DNA of 64,000 nt from positions 12,002-76,001 of the forward strand of contig JAZIGM010000048.1 of NCBI GenBank assembly GCA_036679085.1, written 5' to 3'. Shown one piece after another: positions 8,051 through 17,932 of the stretch. The translations under genes and the position numbers were made by a program. Below the pieces are notes generated by a model, which searched no databases, was not told the DNA's origin, and saw only the letters and a list, made by a program, of their open reading frames with translations. Source of the stretch: Chloroflexota bacterium (GTDB lineage: Bacteria > Chloroflexota > Anaerolineae > Aggregatilineales > UBA3940). How positions within the stretch are numbered: the first letter of the stretch is position 1; every line of letters starts with the position of its first letter.

Positions 8051-9418
8051 TCAGCCCGGCAGCGTCGCCTTTGCGTATTCCTCGTAGCGAGCCCAGACCT
8101 CCGGCACGATCTCCCGCGCCCGCGCGGCGATGGCCTCCTCGTCGAGCGTCAGCAGCTTGCGGTCACGCATGAGCACCTCGCCGCCGACGATGGTCGTCGT
8201 GAACATCGACGCCTCGACGCCGAAGATGATGTGCCAGGGCAGGTTGCCCGCCGTGAGCGGCGTGATCGGGTGGTAATCCACCAGCATGATGTCGGCTGCC
8301 GTGCCCGGAACCAGCAGGCCCGGCGCGGTGTCACCGAAGAAGACCTTTGCCAGCGCCGCGTTGTTATGGATGGCCATCTGCACGATGTCCATGCCGTTGG
8401 CGCGGCGCGGGTCGCGGTGCGTGACCTTGTGCAGAAGGTACGACGCCTTCCAGTCCTCGTACATGTTGTTCGTGAAGCCGTCGTTGCCGAGGCACACCGG
8501 GATACCCAGCCGCAGCATCCCCTCGATGTCCGCCGCGCCGACGGCGTTGTTCATGTTGGAGCGCGGCTGGTGCGTCACCCACGTGCCCGTGTCGCGCAGA
8601 AGCTCCGCCTCGCGCATGTCGATGTGCACGGCATGTGCAACGATGGTCTTTTCACCCAGGATGCCGAACTCGTGCAGGCGGTCAACCACCCGCTTGCCGT
8701 ACCTGGTCAGGCTGTCATACTCGTCCGCCTCATGCTCGGCTACGTGGATGTGGAAGCCGGTGTCCAGCCCTTCGGCAGCCTCAGCGCAGGCGGCAAGCGT
8801 CTCGTTCGAGATGCTCAGACTGGCGTGCAGCCCGAAGGTCGCGGCGATGCGGTCATGCCTGGACGCCTCCTTCAGGAAGCGCACGTTCTCCTCGATGCTC
8901 TCGCGGGCTTTGTCCGGCCCGTAGCGGTCGGTCACCTCGTAGCACAGCACGGCGCGCAGCCCTGCCTCGTTCACCGCCTCGGCGATGATGTCCAGCGAGC
9001 CGAGCAGGGCGTTGGGGCTGGCATGGTGGTCGATGAGCGTGGTCGTGCCGTGCTTGATGGCATCCACGAGCAGCACGAGCGCGCTGTAGCGCACGGCTTC
9101 CTCGTCAAGCGCCTGGTCAAGCGGCCACCACAGCCGCTCCAGAATCTCAGGGAAGTCCTTGGGCGCCGGGCCGGGGATCGCCATCCCGCGTGCGAACGCG
9201 CCATAGAAGTGCGTGTGCGCGCAGATGTTGCCTGGCATGATGAGCTGCCCGCGCGCGTCGAGGCGCTCCGCATCGGGGTACTTCGCCTCCAGGTCGGCGG
9301 CGGTGCCAACCTCGCCAATTAACCCGTTCTCGACATAAACCGCGCCCTTCTCGATCAGGTCGGCGCCCGGCTGCCAGGTGACAACCGTTCCATTTGTGAT
9401 CAGCAATGGACCAGCCAT
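8051..9418 (-). CDS. ssnA: SsnA-type putative aminohydrolase (amidohydrolase superfamily)
   Basis: Matches remembered E. coli SsnA motifs: MPG..CAHTHFY, LWWPLDQALDEE, IDHHASPN, RSNMNN. Start moved to internal ATG 9418, preceded by GGGAGAG; the track ORF starts at GTG 9472. Confidence 0.85.
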   Translation of the reverse strand: MAGPLLITNGTVVTWQPGADLIEKGAVYVENGLIGEVGTAADLEAKYPDAERLDARGQLIMPGNICAHTHFYGAFARGMAIPGPAPKDFPEILERLWWPLDQALDEEAVRYSALVLLVDAIKHGTTTLIDHHASPNALLGSLDIIAEAVNEAGLRAVLCYEVTDRYGPDKARESIEENVRFLKEASRHDRIAATFGLHASLSISNETLAACAEAAEGLDTGFHIHVAEHEADEYDSLTRYGKRVVDRLHEFGILGEKTIVAHAVHIDMREAELLRDTGTWVTHQPRSNMNNAVGAADIEGMLRLGIPVCLGNDGFTNNMYEDWKASYLLHKVTHRDPRRANGMDIVQMAIHNNAALAKVFFGDTAPGLLVPGTAADIMLVDYHPITPLTAGNLPWHIIFGVEASMFTTTIVGGEVLMRDRKLLTLDEEAIAARAREIVPEVWARYEEYAKATLPG

Positions 9419-9475
9419 GTGTGTACTCTCCCGTGTACTACTGTTATCGACTGTGCGGATGCTCTGTACCACCCA

Positions 9476-10165
9476 TCAAAGCTGTGAATCGCAGCCTGCC
9501 ACCTTCGCGCTCGCCAGAAGCCCACCGCGCGCCCGGATCGCCGCCTCTACTGCGTCGAGATCCGCCGCGCTGTCACCGAGCAGCGCCAGCGCCCCGGCGG
9601 GCCGCTCCTCCGCCGCGCAGAGCATCACCGGCCCCCTGCGGCACTGTATTAGCAGGTCAACCTGATAGGTGCGCTGCCCTTCGCGGACCGTTACGCTGCG
9701 CTCGGGCTGGATGCCCCGCGCTTTCAATTCCTGATACAGGTAGTCGAGCGTGACATCGTCGGTGCGGTAGAGGTCGTTGACCTCCGTCGCGGTGACGAAG
9801 CGCTCCCACGTCGTCTGGATGAAAGTGATGCGCCGCCAGCGAACACTCACGATCGGCGGGACCTTGCGCTTGAGCGGGCCAAGCTGCAGCTTGAAGTAGT
9901 GGTCACCCGCGCGCGGATGATCGGGCTCATCCGGCAGCAAGTCCACGCGGCGCACTAACTCATGGCCAGTGCGCCGCGCGTAGAAATGTATCGCCCAACG
10001 AAGGTCGGGGCTGAACTTCTTTGTGAAGTAGAAGGCCACGTACTCAGCGTGAATACCGTCCGGCGCATGCCGAACCGGAATGCGGTACCAGTGCTGGTCC
10101 CGTGCGATGTCGAAGTCACGCGGGTCGGGCATCACGCCGACGAGTACGCGGTCTTCCGGATACAT
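9476..10165 (-). CDS. Hypothetical protein (229 aa from ATG 10165), operonic between the PLP enzyme and SsnA
   Basis: Well-formed non-repetitive protein (MYPEDRVLVGVMPDPRDFDIARDQHWYRIPV..). The ATG overlaps the upstream stop (TGATG). I recognise no family. Confidence 0.6.
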   Translation of the reverse strand: MYPEDRVLVGVMPDPRDFDIARDQHWYRIPVRHAPDGIHAEYVAFYFTKKFSPDLRWAIHFYARRTGHELVRRVDLLPDEPDHPRAGDHYFKLQLGPLKRKVPPIVSVRWRRITFIQTTWERFVTATEVNDLYRTDDVTLDYLYQELKARGIQPERSVTVREGQRTYQVDLLIQCRRGPVMLCAAEERPAGALALLGDSAADLDAVEAAIRARGGLLASAKVAGCDSQL

Positions 10166-11583
10166 CACTCGCCGTGGATGTGGTGCTTCTTGCGGAAGGC
10201 GATGATCTGCTCGTCGATCTCGCTCACCATCTTCTGGTGAGCCTCCCACCAGGCCGGATCGCGCTGCGCGTCGAGTTCCTCGACCGTCTTGCCCTGCTGC
10301 TCAACCCAGGTGTAGTACTTGAGGTTGTGCCAGCGCTGGCGCGTTTCCTCAGTGCCCTCGCAGATCCAGTCGGTCTTCTGGCCGAGGAAGGTCGAGGACA
10401 TGATGTGGGCAGCCCGCACCTCGGTCATCTCGCCCTCTTCCTGGCGCAGCCAGTCCATCACCGAGTAGTAGCGGTCGATGGCGTCGGTGAAGATCGTGAC
10501 GATCACGTCGTCCTTGCCCAGGCCGTAGTACTTGGCCGTCTTGATCGCGCCGAGCGTATTGCAGACGCTCGAAATACCCATGACACCGCTGAGCTTCTCG
10601 ACCGTCTCCTCGGGCACGCCGTAGTACTTCGCCAGCGTCGCCTTGCCGACCGGGTCGGTAACGAGCGCCAGGCCGCGCACCGACTCCATGTCGTCGATGC
10701 ACATGATGGCGTCCATGTTCAGCACGTGGTGAACCCACGTGACGTGCTTGTCGCCGATGCCCTCGATGCGGTGCGAGCCATAGCCGTTGTTGTAGAGCGT
10801 CGGGCACTGGATCGGCTCCAGACCGACGATCTTGTGATCCGGCCAGACCTGCTTGAGCCGGTCGCCCGCCGCAATCGTGCCGCCGGAGCCCATCGCCGAG
10901 ACGAAGGCCGAGATCTTGCCCACGCCGATGCCCCGCTCCTTGAGCACATCGGCCAGCTCGACGATGGTGTTGCCCGTCACGTAGTAGTGGAAGCGATAGT
11001 TGCCCATCACTTCAAACTGGTTGAGCACGCGCACCTTGGGGTCCTTGCGCAGCTCCCAGGTCTTGTCATAGATCTCCTTGACGTTGCTCTCCGAGCCGGG
11101 CGTGCCGATCACGCGCGCGCCGAGCCGCTCGATGTACTCGAAGCGCTCGCGGCTCATATCCTGCGGCAGCACGACAATGCCGTCGAAGCCCATGCGGCAG
11201 CCGACGAACGCGCCGCCGATGCCGTAGTTGCCGGTTGAAGGCCACACCAGCGTGTGGATCGCCGGATCCACCTCGCCGGAGAGCTCCTTCTCGACCACCA
11301 CAGAGTACGCCGCACCAACCTTGTGGCTGCCAGTCGGGAAGTCGGTGCTGTACAGCGCGACGATGTTCGCGTCAACGCCGGTCAGCTCCTTCGGCAGAAC
11401 AACGTAGCGGATCTGGTTGTTCTCGTCCTTCCAGGTGATGTTGAAGAGGTTGATCGGGTCGAGTGGGTCTTCTTTCCTGGCCCGCAGCGCCTGGGCGCGC
11501 ACATCCGGATTGATCTTTTCCGGGTGGAGCATCTCGTCGAAGGTGGGGCCGGTGATAATCTTGGTGCCAATCTGTTCTGCCAT
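10165..11583 (-). CDS. PLP-dependent enzyme, fold type II (cysteine synthase/CBS-like), ~80-aa N-terminal extension, function unknown
   Basis: 472 aa. PTGSHKVGAA (candidate PLP lysine), WPSTGNYGIGGAF and SAMGSGGT motifs align with the CysK/CBS family layout. Confidence 0.7.
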   Translation of the reverse strand: MAEQIGTKIITGPTFDEMLHPEKINPDVRAQALRARKEDPLDPINLFNITWKDENNQIRYVVLPKELTGVDANIVALYSTDFPTGSHKVGAAYSVVVEKELSGEVDPAIHTLVWPSTGNYGIGGAFVGCRMGFDGIVVLPQDMSRERFEYIERLGARVIGTPGSESNVKEIYDKTWELRKDPKVRVLNQFEVMGNYRFHYYVTGNTIVELADVLKERGIGVGKISAFVSAMGSGGTIAAGDRLKQVWPDHKIVGLEPIQCPTLYNNGYGSHRIEGIGDKHVTWVHHVLNMDAIMCIDDMESVRGLALVTDPVGKATLAKYYGVPEETVEKLSGVMGISSVCNTLGAIKTAKYYGLGKDDVIVTIFTDAIDRYYSVMDWLRQEEGEMTEVRAAHIMSSTFLGQKTDWICEGTEETRQRWHNLKYYTWVEQQGKTVEELDAQRDPAWWEAHQKMVSEIDEQIIAFRKKHHIHGE

Positions 11584-11668
11584 AGCTATTCTCCTCTACA
11601 GTCAGAATAAAGGTTGGTGTTCGCGCAACTATCTGTGAGTGCTCGACAGTCGTTGTTGCCAGTTTCGA

Positions 11669-12688
11669 TTATTCGCCGCGCTGGCTCTCGTAGTAGTGCT
11701 CCGGCGGCAGCGTTTGGGCCGCCCGCGGCCTGGGCGATGGACGCCGCTCCATACCGAGCGTGCTCGCGACGAGGTAGAGCGGGCGGCCTTTCACCTCGTT
11801 ATAGATGCGCCCCAGGTACTCCCCGATGATGCCCAGCGAGATGAGCTGCACCCCACCCAGGAAGAGCACCATGATGAGCGTCGTCGCCTGCCCCTGCAGC
11901 GGGGCGGCATCGGTGAAGAGCCGCAGGTAGACCACCACCACAATGCCCACTGCGCTGAGCGCGGCGATGGTAAAGCCCAGATACATGGCAAGCTGCAGCG
12001 GGAAGTACGAGAACCCGGTGATCGCATCCCAGGCGAGGCGTAGCATCTTCCTCAGCGTGTACTTGGTCTCGCCCGCGTAGCGCTCGTGACGCTCGTACTC
12101 AACCCCGGTCTGCCGGAAGCCGGCCCATGCCACCATGCCACGCACGAAGCGGTGTCGCTCGCGCATCGCGTTCACGACGTCCACCACCTGCCGGTCCATC
12201 AGCCGGAAGTCGCCCGTATCAAGCGGGATGTTGATATCCGTGATGCTCGACAGGATGCGGTAAAAGGCCGCCGCGGTGAAGGTCTTGAACCACGTCTCAC
12301 CCTCCCGCTTGGCGCGCACGGCATACACGACCTGATAGCCCTCCCGCCACTTCGCGATGAGGTCCAGAATCACCTCGGGCGGGTCCTGCAGGTCGGCGTC
12401 GATGAGCACCACCGCGTCGCCGCTGGCATAGTCCATCCCGGCGGTGACGGCAGCGCTGTGCCCGAAGTTGCGCGCAAAGTGGATCGCGCGCACGTGCTCC
12501 GGGTCGTGCTCATAGAGCTCGTTGATCAGCTCCATCGAGCCGTCGGTACTGCCGTCATTGACCAGCACCAGTTCCCAGCTTACGCCGGCCTGCGCCATCA
12601 CCTCGGAGACGCGGCGGTGCAACTCGTGGATATTGCCAGCCTCGTTATAGATTGGTGCGACGATTGATAGGACAGGAGTCATGAGCAA
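11669..12688 (-). CDS. GT2 polyprenyl-phosphate glycosyltransferase (DPM1/ArnC/GtrB-like) with C-terminal TM helices
   Basis: 339 aa. [28 protein letters not shown] are GT-A motifs, with two hydrophobic C-terminal helices. Confidence 0.8.
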   Translation of the reverse strand: MLMTPVLSIVAPIYNEAGNIHELHRRVSEVMAQAGVSWELVLVNDGSTDGSMELINELYEHDPEHVRAIHFARNFGHSAAVTAGMDYASGDAVVLIDADLQDPPEVILDLIAKWREGYQVVYAVRAKREGETWFKTFTAAAFYRILSSITDINIPLDTGDFRLMDRQVVDVVNAMRERHRFVRGMVAWAGFRQTGVEYERHERYAGETKYTLRKMLRLAWDAITGFSYFPLQLAMYLGFTIAALSAVGIVVVVYLRLFTDAAPLQGQATTLIMVLFLGGVQLISLGIIGEYLGRIYNEVKGRPLYLVASTLGMERRPSPRPRAAQTLPPEHYYESQRGE

Positions 12689-12745
12689 ACACTTTGCCGG
12701 CCACGCGGCCTCAGCGTCCCTCCCAGCACGGGCTATTGTAACCGC

Positions 12746-14008
12746 TTACGAGCCAAAAATCCCGTTTATCACCTGGGAGGCTTCGGCGAGGTCCGGCGAG
12801 ACCTTCGGTGCCTGCCGCACAGCCTTCTGAGCCGCCGCCACGTCCTTCAAGCCGTTGCCGGTGATGAGCGCGACGATCTCCTCGTCGGGCGCAAACACGC
12901 CCTCCTTCGCCGCCTTGAGCAGCCCGGCATACGTCGCGGCTGCCGCCGGTTCGGCAAACACGCCGGTGGCTTGCGCCAGCTTTGGGATGGCGGCCAGGAT
13001 CTCCTCGTCGCTGACGGTCAGGTAGATGCCGCCCGTCTCGGTGACGGCGCACATCGCCTTGACGCGGTCACGCGGGAGCCCGGCGCTGATGCTGTCCGCG
13101 ATGGTATTCGTCTTGATAGGCTGCATCTCAGCCGGGTCGAGGCCCTCTTTCCAGGCGTTGTACAGCGCCGCCGAACCTTCCGCCTGCACGCCGATGAGGC
13201 GCGGCACGCGGTCGATCCAGCCCAGCGCATACATGTCCTTCAGGCCCTTATGCACCCCGGCGATGATATTGCCGTCGCCCACGCTGACGATGATCGTGTC
13301 CGGCGCGCGGAACAGCCCGCGCTTGCCGGTCAACTGCTCGCAGATCTCGTAGGAGACGGTCTTTTTGCCCTCCGCCGTGTACGGGTTGTAGCCCGTGTTG
13401 CGGCAGTACCAGCCATACTTCTCCGTCGCGGCGAGGCACAGCTCGAACGCGTCGTCGTAGGTGCCGTCCACAAGCAGGACGTGCGCCCCATAGACGAGAA
13501 GCTGTGTGATCTTGGCCTCCGGCGCGCTGGCAGGCACGAAGATCACCGTCGGCATCTGCACGCTGGCGGCAAGGCCGGCGAGCGCAGCGGCGGCGTTGCC
13601 CGTGCTCGCCGTCGTCACGATCTTGCGGCCCTCTGCCCTGGCCTTGGCTACCAGCAGCGCGCTGGCCCGGTCCTTGAGCGAGGCGGTCGGGTTGCGCCCG
13701 TCGTCCTTGATCCAGACCTTCCCGACGCCGATCTCTTTGGCGACGTTGTCCGCGCGGTAGAGCGGCGTATCGCCCACGAGGAGCGGGGGCGTCGGGGCAT
13801 TGTAGGCGATAGGCAGCAGCGCCTTGTAGCGCCATATGCCGCGCACGTCGAGCAGCCCATCTTCCTGCAGGCGGTCGGCAATCAGCTCATAGTTGTACTG
13901 CACGTCGAGATTGCCGTCATTACCGTGGTCCGGGCAGACGTACTCGACCTCGCCGGGCGCATAGGTTTTACCGCAGATCGTACACTTCAAGCCGGTGACG
14001 TGTTCCAT
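12746..14008 (-). CDS. thrC: Threonine synthase(-like) PLP enzyme with N-terminal Zn ribbon
   Basis: 420 aa. CTICGKTY..YVCPDHG ribbon, NPTASLKDRAS PLP-lysine motif, TASTGNAAAALA. Confidence 0.7.
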   Translation of the reverse strand: MEHVTGLKCTICGKTYAPGEVEYVCPDHGNDGNLDVQYNYELIADRLQEDGLLDVRGIWRYKALLPIAYNAPTPPLLVGDTPLYRADNVAKEIGVGKVWIKDDGRNPTASLKDRASALLVAKARAEGRKIVTTASTGNAAAALAGLAASVQMPTVIFVPASAPEAKITQLLVYGAHVLLVDGTYDDAFELCLAATEKYGWYCRNTGYNPYTAEGKKTVSYEICEQLTGKRGLFRAPDTIIVSVGDGNIIAGVHKGLKDMYALGWIDRVPRLIGVQAEGSAALYNAWKEGLDPAEMQPIKTNTIADSISAGLPRDRVKAMCAVTETGGIYLTVSDEEILAAIPKLAQATGVFAEPAAAATYAGLLKAAKEGVFAPDEEIVALITGNGLKDVAAAQKAVRQAPKVSPDLAEASQVINGIFGS

Positions 14009-14047
14009 GATGTGGAAGTTTGCCTCTTTTCCTTACCGTCAGTCCGC

Positions 14048-15067
14048 TTATTCTTCGATGAAAGCCGTGCCGAGCCCGGCGGGTGGTGCAACGCGCAGCA
14101 GGTTGCCGAGCGGGCGCTGCGCCCACTTCGGGGCGAGCAGGATAAGCCGATGGATGGCGTCGCTACCGACGAGCAGCAGCACACCCAGCATCAGCAGCCA
14201 CTGGAGCGAGTTGAACAGCACAACCGGAACTGCCGGGAACGACGTTTGAAGCACCTGCGCCAGCGCGCGGGTGATCCCGTACAGGATAGCGCCGAACGCC
14301 GCGCGGAAGGGCCGCCAGCCGCCAAAAATGACGATGGCGAGCGCGATCCAGCCGATGCCCAGGATGTGGTTATCCGACCAGCCGATCTTGATGTCGAGCG
14401 AGTAGGCCGCGCCGCCCAGGCCAACGAGCGCGCCGCCGATCGCCGTGTACAGGTAGCGCACCCGGTTTACGGTGATGCCGCGCACAAACGCCGCCTCAGG
14501 GCGCTCGCCCACGCCGCGCATCTGCAGGCCGGGCTGTGTGCGGTACATCCACCACCAGGCGGCAATGACGACCAGGAAGCTGAAGTAGATCAGCAGGTCG
14601 TGCCGGAACAGCATCGGCCCGAGCACGGGGATATCCGACAGGATCGGGATGGGCATGTGCTTGACACGCGGGCCGGGCAGACGGGTGAAGCCCTGCCCCA
14701 GGAAGTTCGCCATGCTGGTGAGCAGCATCGTCAGCACAAAACCGATGGCAACCTGATCGCGTTTCAGGCGGATGCTGCCCCACGCGATGAGGAGTGCCAC
14801 CAGCGCCCCCAGCAGCGCGGCGACAGCCAGCCCGGCCATCACCGGCAGGAAGTGCCCGGTGATACCCGCGTCCGTCAGCCGGCCGCCGACCACGTACGCC
14901 ACGACAAACCCGCCCATCGCCGAGAACATCATGCTCCCGTCCAGCGACAGGTTGATCACGCCGGCGCGCTCGGTGATCGTCTCGCCCGTCACGGCCAGCA
15001 GCAGCGGCGCGCTCTGGGCCATGATCGAGGCCAGAATGCGAACAAACTCGGTATCGTTGACGCTCAT
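14048..15067 (-). CDS. ABC transporter permease, BMP/nucleoside type (YufQ/NupQ-like)
   Basis: 339 aa, multi-TM, with ..AVTGETITERAGVINLSLDGSMM.. 4-bp overlap with the upstream permease. Confidence 0.8.
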   Translation of the reverse strand: MSVNDTEFVRILASIMAQSAPLLLAVTGETITERAGVINLSLDGSMMFSAMGGFVVAYVVGGRLTDAGITGHFLPVMAGLAVAALLGALVALLIAWGSIRLKRDQVAIGFVLTMLLTSMANFLGQGFTRLPGPRVKHMPIPILSDIPVLGPMLFRHDLLIYFSFLVVIAAWWWMYRTQPGLQMRGVGERPEAAFVRGITVNRVRYLYTAIGGALVGLGGAAYSLDIKIGWSDNHILGIGWIALAIVIFGGWRPFRAAFGAILYGITRALAQVLQTSFPAVPVVLFNSLQWLLMLGVLLLVGSDAIHRLILLAPKWAQRPLGNLLRVAPPAGLGTAFIEE

Positions 15068-16161
15068 GACTCAACCGCCTCCACCGGGACAGGTTGTTCC
15101 TCAGCCACCTCTTCTGCCGGTGTCTTCCGTTTTCTGAATAGCTGCCGGTAGTCACCGAACAGCAGCATGAACAGCACCAGTGTGCCCTGGATGATGCCGC
15201 TGAGCGAGGAGTGAAGCTGCGTGCGAAGCTCCACGACCGAGCCGCCCGTCAGCAGGCCGGAGAAGATCAGCGAGATAACGACGACCAGCAGCGGGCGCAG
15301 CGACGCCAGCAGCACGATCAGGATGGCAAGGAAGCCGATGCCGCCTGAGATGCTCTGCCGCAGGCTATCGAACCAGCTCAGCACACGGACCGCACCAGCG
15401 AGGCCCGCCAGCGCGCCGCACAGCATCATCGAGGTGATCGCCTCGCGCTCGCTGGAGATGCCCAGCATGAACGAGGCGCGCATGTTCTTGCCCAGCGCCT
15501 TCAGCCTCAGCCCCCAGATCGTGCCGCGCAGGGCCAGCGCCACCGCGATCAGCGCGATGATCGCCAGCACCAGCGAGAGCGGCGCGAAGCGGGTATTGCC
15601 ATACAGCGGGAACAGGGCGTACTCCGGGAAGGGCTCCGTGCCGCGGAACGTACCGCCCTCAGGCGGCTGCCACGGGCCTGAGATGAAGTAGTTTGTGGTG
15701 ATGATGGCCAGGTTGTTGAGCGCCACCCCGCCGAAAATCTCGTGGACACCGCCGCGAGTTTTCAGCACGGCGGCCAACGCCGCCCACAACGCACCGGCGA
15801 CCATCGAGAGGATGATCGAGCATGGCAGGAAAATCCAGTGCGGGGCGTTGGGCATCGCCTCCGTCCACTTGAGCGCCACCCACGACGCGGCGATCGCGCC
15901 CATGATCATCTGGCCCTCGACGCCGATGTTCCACAGCCCGGCGGTGAAGGTCATCAGCAGGCCGATCGACGCCAGCAGCAGCGGCACCCAGAACGCCAGC
16001 GTCAGGAACGTGGACTGGGGGCTGCCAAACGCACCCTCCCACAGCGCGCTGAACGTCTGTACCGGGTCGGCCTGGTAGACCATCACCAGCAGTGCCGTGG
16101 TGGCAACCGCCAGGATGATAGGTACGGCGGGCCATACCGTACGCAGGACTCGTTCTCTCAT
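15064..16161 (-). CDS. ABC transporter permease, BMP/nucleoside type (YufP/NupP-like)
   Basis: 365 aa, multi-TM, with GLWNIGVEGQMIMGA. 4-bp overlap with the ATPase gene. Confidence 0.8.
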   Translation of the reverse strand: MRERVLRTVWPAVPIILAVATTALLVMVYQADPVQTFSALWEGAFGSPQSTFLTLAFWVPLLLASIGLLMTFTAGLWNIGVEGQMIMGAIAASWVALKWTEAMPNAPHWIFLPCSIILSMVAGALWAALAAVLKTRGGVHEIFGGVALNNLAIITTNYFISGPWQPPEGGTFRGTEPFPEYALFPLYGNTRFAPLSLVLAIIALIAVALALRGTIWGLRLKALGKNMRASFMLGISSEREAITSMMLCGALAGLAGAVRVLSWFDSLRQSISGGIGFLAILIVLLASLRPLLVVVISLIFSGLLTGGSVVELRTQLHSSLSGIIQGTLVLFMLLFGDYRQLFRKRKTPAEEVAEEQPVPVEAVES

Positions 16162-17816
16162 AATTCCTGCCCTCCGATCAAGTGCCCGATCTCGTCGATG
16201 GACGTCTCCGAGGTCTGCAAAATGCGGGACATCTTGCCACCGGAGAAGACCGCAATGCGGTCACTGCGGTCGAGTAGCTCGTCAAGGTCCGCCGACATGA
16301 AAATGACTGCCGTACCCTCGCGCCGCCGCTCTTGGAACAGCTCCCAGATGCGGTCGGCGGAAGTAACGTCGAGGCCCCGCGTGGGGTGTTCAAGCAGGAT
16401 CAGGCGCAACGGGCTGTCAAGCAGGCCAAGCATGAGCCGCTGCTGATTGCCGCCGGACAGCTCCTCGGCGCGCGAATCCGGCCTGCCCTTGATGTTGTAA
16501 TGCTTGATGCGCTCTTCGATGTCTTTGCGGGCCTTTGCCCAGTCGATCACAAACTCCTGCTTCGGCTCGGCCAGCACCATATGCTCGGTCAGCGACAGAC
16601 CGGACACGAGGCCCTCCTCAAGCCGCCCGGCGGGCACGTAGGCCCCACCCCGGCGCTTGAAAACATGGTACGGATCCTCGCTCGTCCACGAGATGAGCAC
16701 GGTGCCGATCAGCCAGATCAGCCCGGCCAGCAGTATCGCCACGCCAGTCTGCCCGGCGAACCGCAGGCCGTTGATCTGCCCGCTCGCCAGCAGCACAATC
16801 AGCCAGATGAAGCGCACGACGAACACGGCAGCCGCCAGCCAGGGCACCCAGAAGAACGGCGACCGCTTGCCCTTAAGCGGCTCGCCATCGAGCAAAACCT
16901 GACCGCTTGCAACCGGCAGCAGCCCCGCGCAGGCTTGCAGCAGCAGGCGCTGGCCGCTGCCTTCCAGCCCGGCCAGCCCCAGCACCTCGCCCTCCTTCAC
17001 CGTGAGGTTGATATTCTCCAGCGTCAGGCGGTAGGTGCGGATCTTGACATCCTTCAGTTCGAGGACAGTCTTTTCCGAGCGGAGTTCGGGGCGCGGCTGG
17101 CGGGGGATCTCCTCGCCAAACATCATGCGCACCAGGTCGCGGTTCTCGCAGGGGATCTTCTGCGTGCCGACCAGCCGGCCAGCGCGCAGCACGGCGACCT
17201 CGTCGCACAGTTCCTGCACTTCCTCCAGCTTGTGCGAGACGAGGATGATGGTCTTTTGCTCCTCGTGGGCAAGCCGCCGCATCGTGTCGAACAGGATTTC
17301 TTTCTGCTCCGCACTGATGCCTGTCGTCGGCTCGTCGAGGATCAGCACCTCAGCGCCGAGGGAGAGCAGGCGCAGCAACTCCATCTGCTGGCGCTCGCCC
17401 AGAGTCAGCGTGTCAACGTACTCGCGCGGGTCAAGCTCAAAACTGAAGCGCCGGGAGGTCTCCCGCAGGTCAGATTCGCCCTTGTTCATGTCGAGGATCA
17501 GGGCGTTATCGTAGGCCAGCAGGTGATTCTCGACCACCTGCATGGGCGGGAAGTCCTGCGGGGATTGGTACAGCATGCCGATCCCCTTAGACAGGGCATC
17601 AGAGGGGGACTTGAATGTGACAGGCTCGCCATCCAACAGGATGTCGCCGCTCGTCGGGGCCTGGTAGCCGGAAAGGATCTTCATGAGCGTGCTCTTGCCG
17701 GCGCCGTTTTCACCGAGCAGCCCATAGATACGTCCCGGCTCAAACACGAGGCTGATCCCATCGTTAGCACGAACCGTGCCGAAGTACTTGTGGATGTCTC
17801 GTAGTTCGACGCGCAT
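16158..17816 (-). CDS. ABC transporter ATP-binding protein with tandem NBDs and an unusual hydrophobic insertion in NBD2
   Basis: 552 aa. NBD1 has GENGAGKST and ILDEPT. NBD2 has a degenerate GLEGSGQ, then LSGGNQQR and LLEHPTRGLD. Residues ~319-388 are two predicted TM helices. Confidence 0.85.
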   Translation of the reverse strand: MRVELRDIHKYFGTVRANDGISLVFEPGRIYGLLGENGAGKSTLMKILSGYQAPTSGDILLDGEPVTFKSPSDALSKGIGMLYQSPQDFPPMQVVENHLLAYDNALILDMNKGESDLRETSRRFSFELDPREYVDTLTLGERQQMELLRLLSLGAEVLILDEPTTGISAEQKEILFDTMRRLAHEEQKTIILVSHKLEEVQELCDEVAVLRAGRLVGTQKIPCENRDLVRMMFGEEIPRQPRPELRSEKTVLELKDVKIRTYRLTLENINLTVKEGEVLGLAGLEGSGQRLLLQACAGLLPVASGQVLLDGEPLKGKRSPFFWVPWLAAAVFVVRFIWLIVLLASGQINGLRFAGQTGVAILLAGLIWLIGTVLISWTSEDPYHVFKRRGGAYVPAGRLEEGLVSGLSLTEHMVLAEPKQEFVIDWAKARKDIEERIKHYNIKGRPDSRAEELSGGNQQRLMLGLLDSPLRLILLEHPTRGLDVTSADRIWELFQERRREGTAVIFMSADLDELLDRSDRIAVFSGGKMSRILQTSETSIDEIGHLIGGQEL

Positions 17817-17932
17817 AAGGTAGCGCTTTCTGTCGCTAGTGCCAGGTGTCCGTTATGAGTGACATCAGGGGGTGAGAGAGAGCGGCCTGATCAGCCGCTC
17901 TCTCCGCCCATCGGCTCAATGATGCAGGCTCG

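Noticed and set aside
12746-14008. The threonine-synthase-like gene as the missing YgeX (diaminopropionate ammonia-lyase)
   Set aside because: Its motifs (N-terminal Zn ribbon, NPTASLKDR) match ThrC rather than what I recall of DpaL/YgeX. It remains only a contextual candidate.
12971-15151. 726-aa plus-strand ORF, the longest in the track
   Set aside because: It is antisense to the threonine-synthase-like gene and an ABC permease gene. Its composition is dominated by R, A, D, H, G and Q with no domain-like motifs. The opposite strand has clear family signatures.
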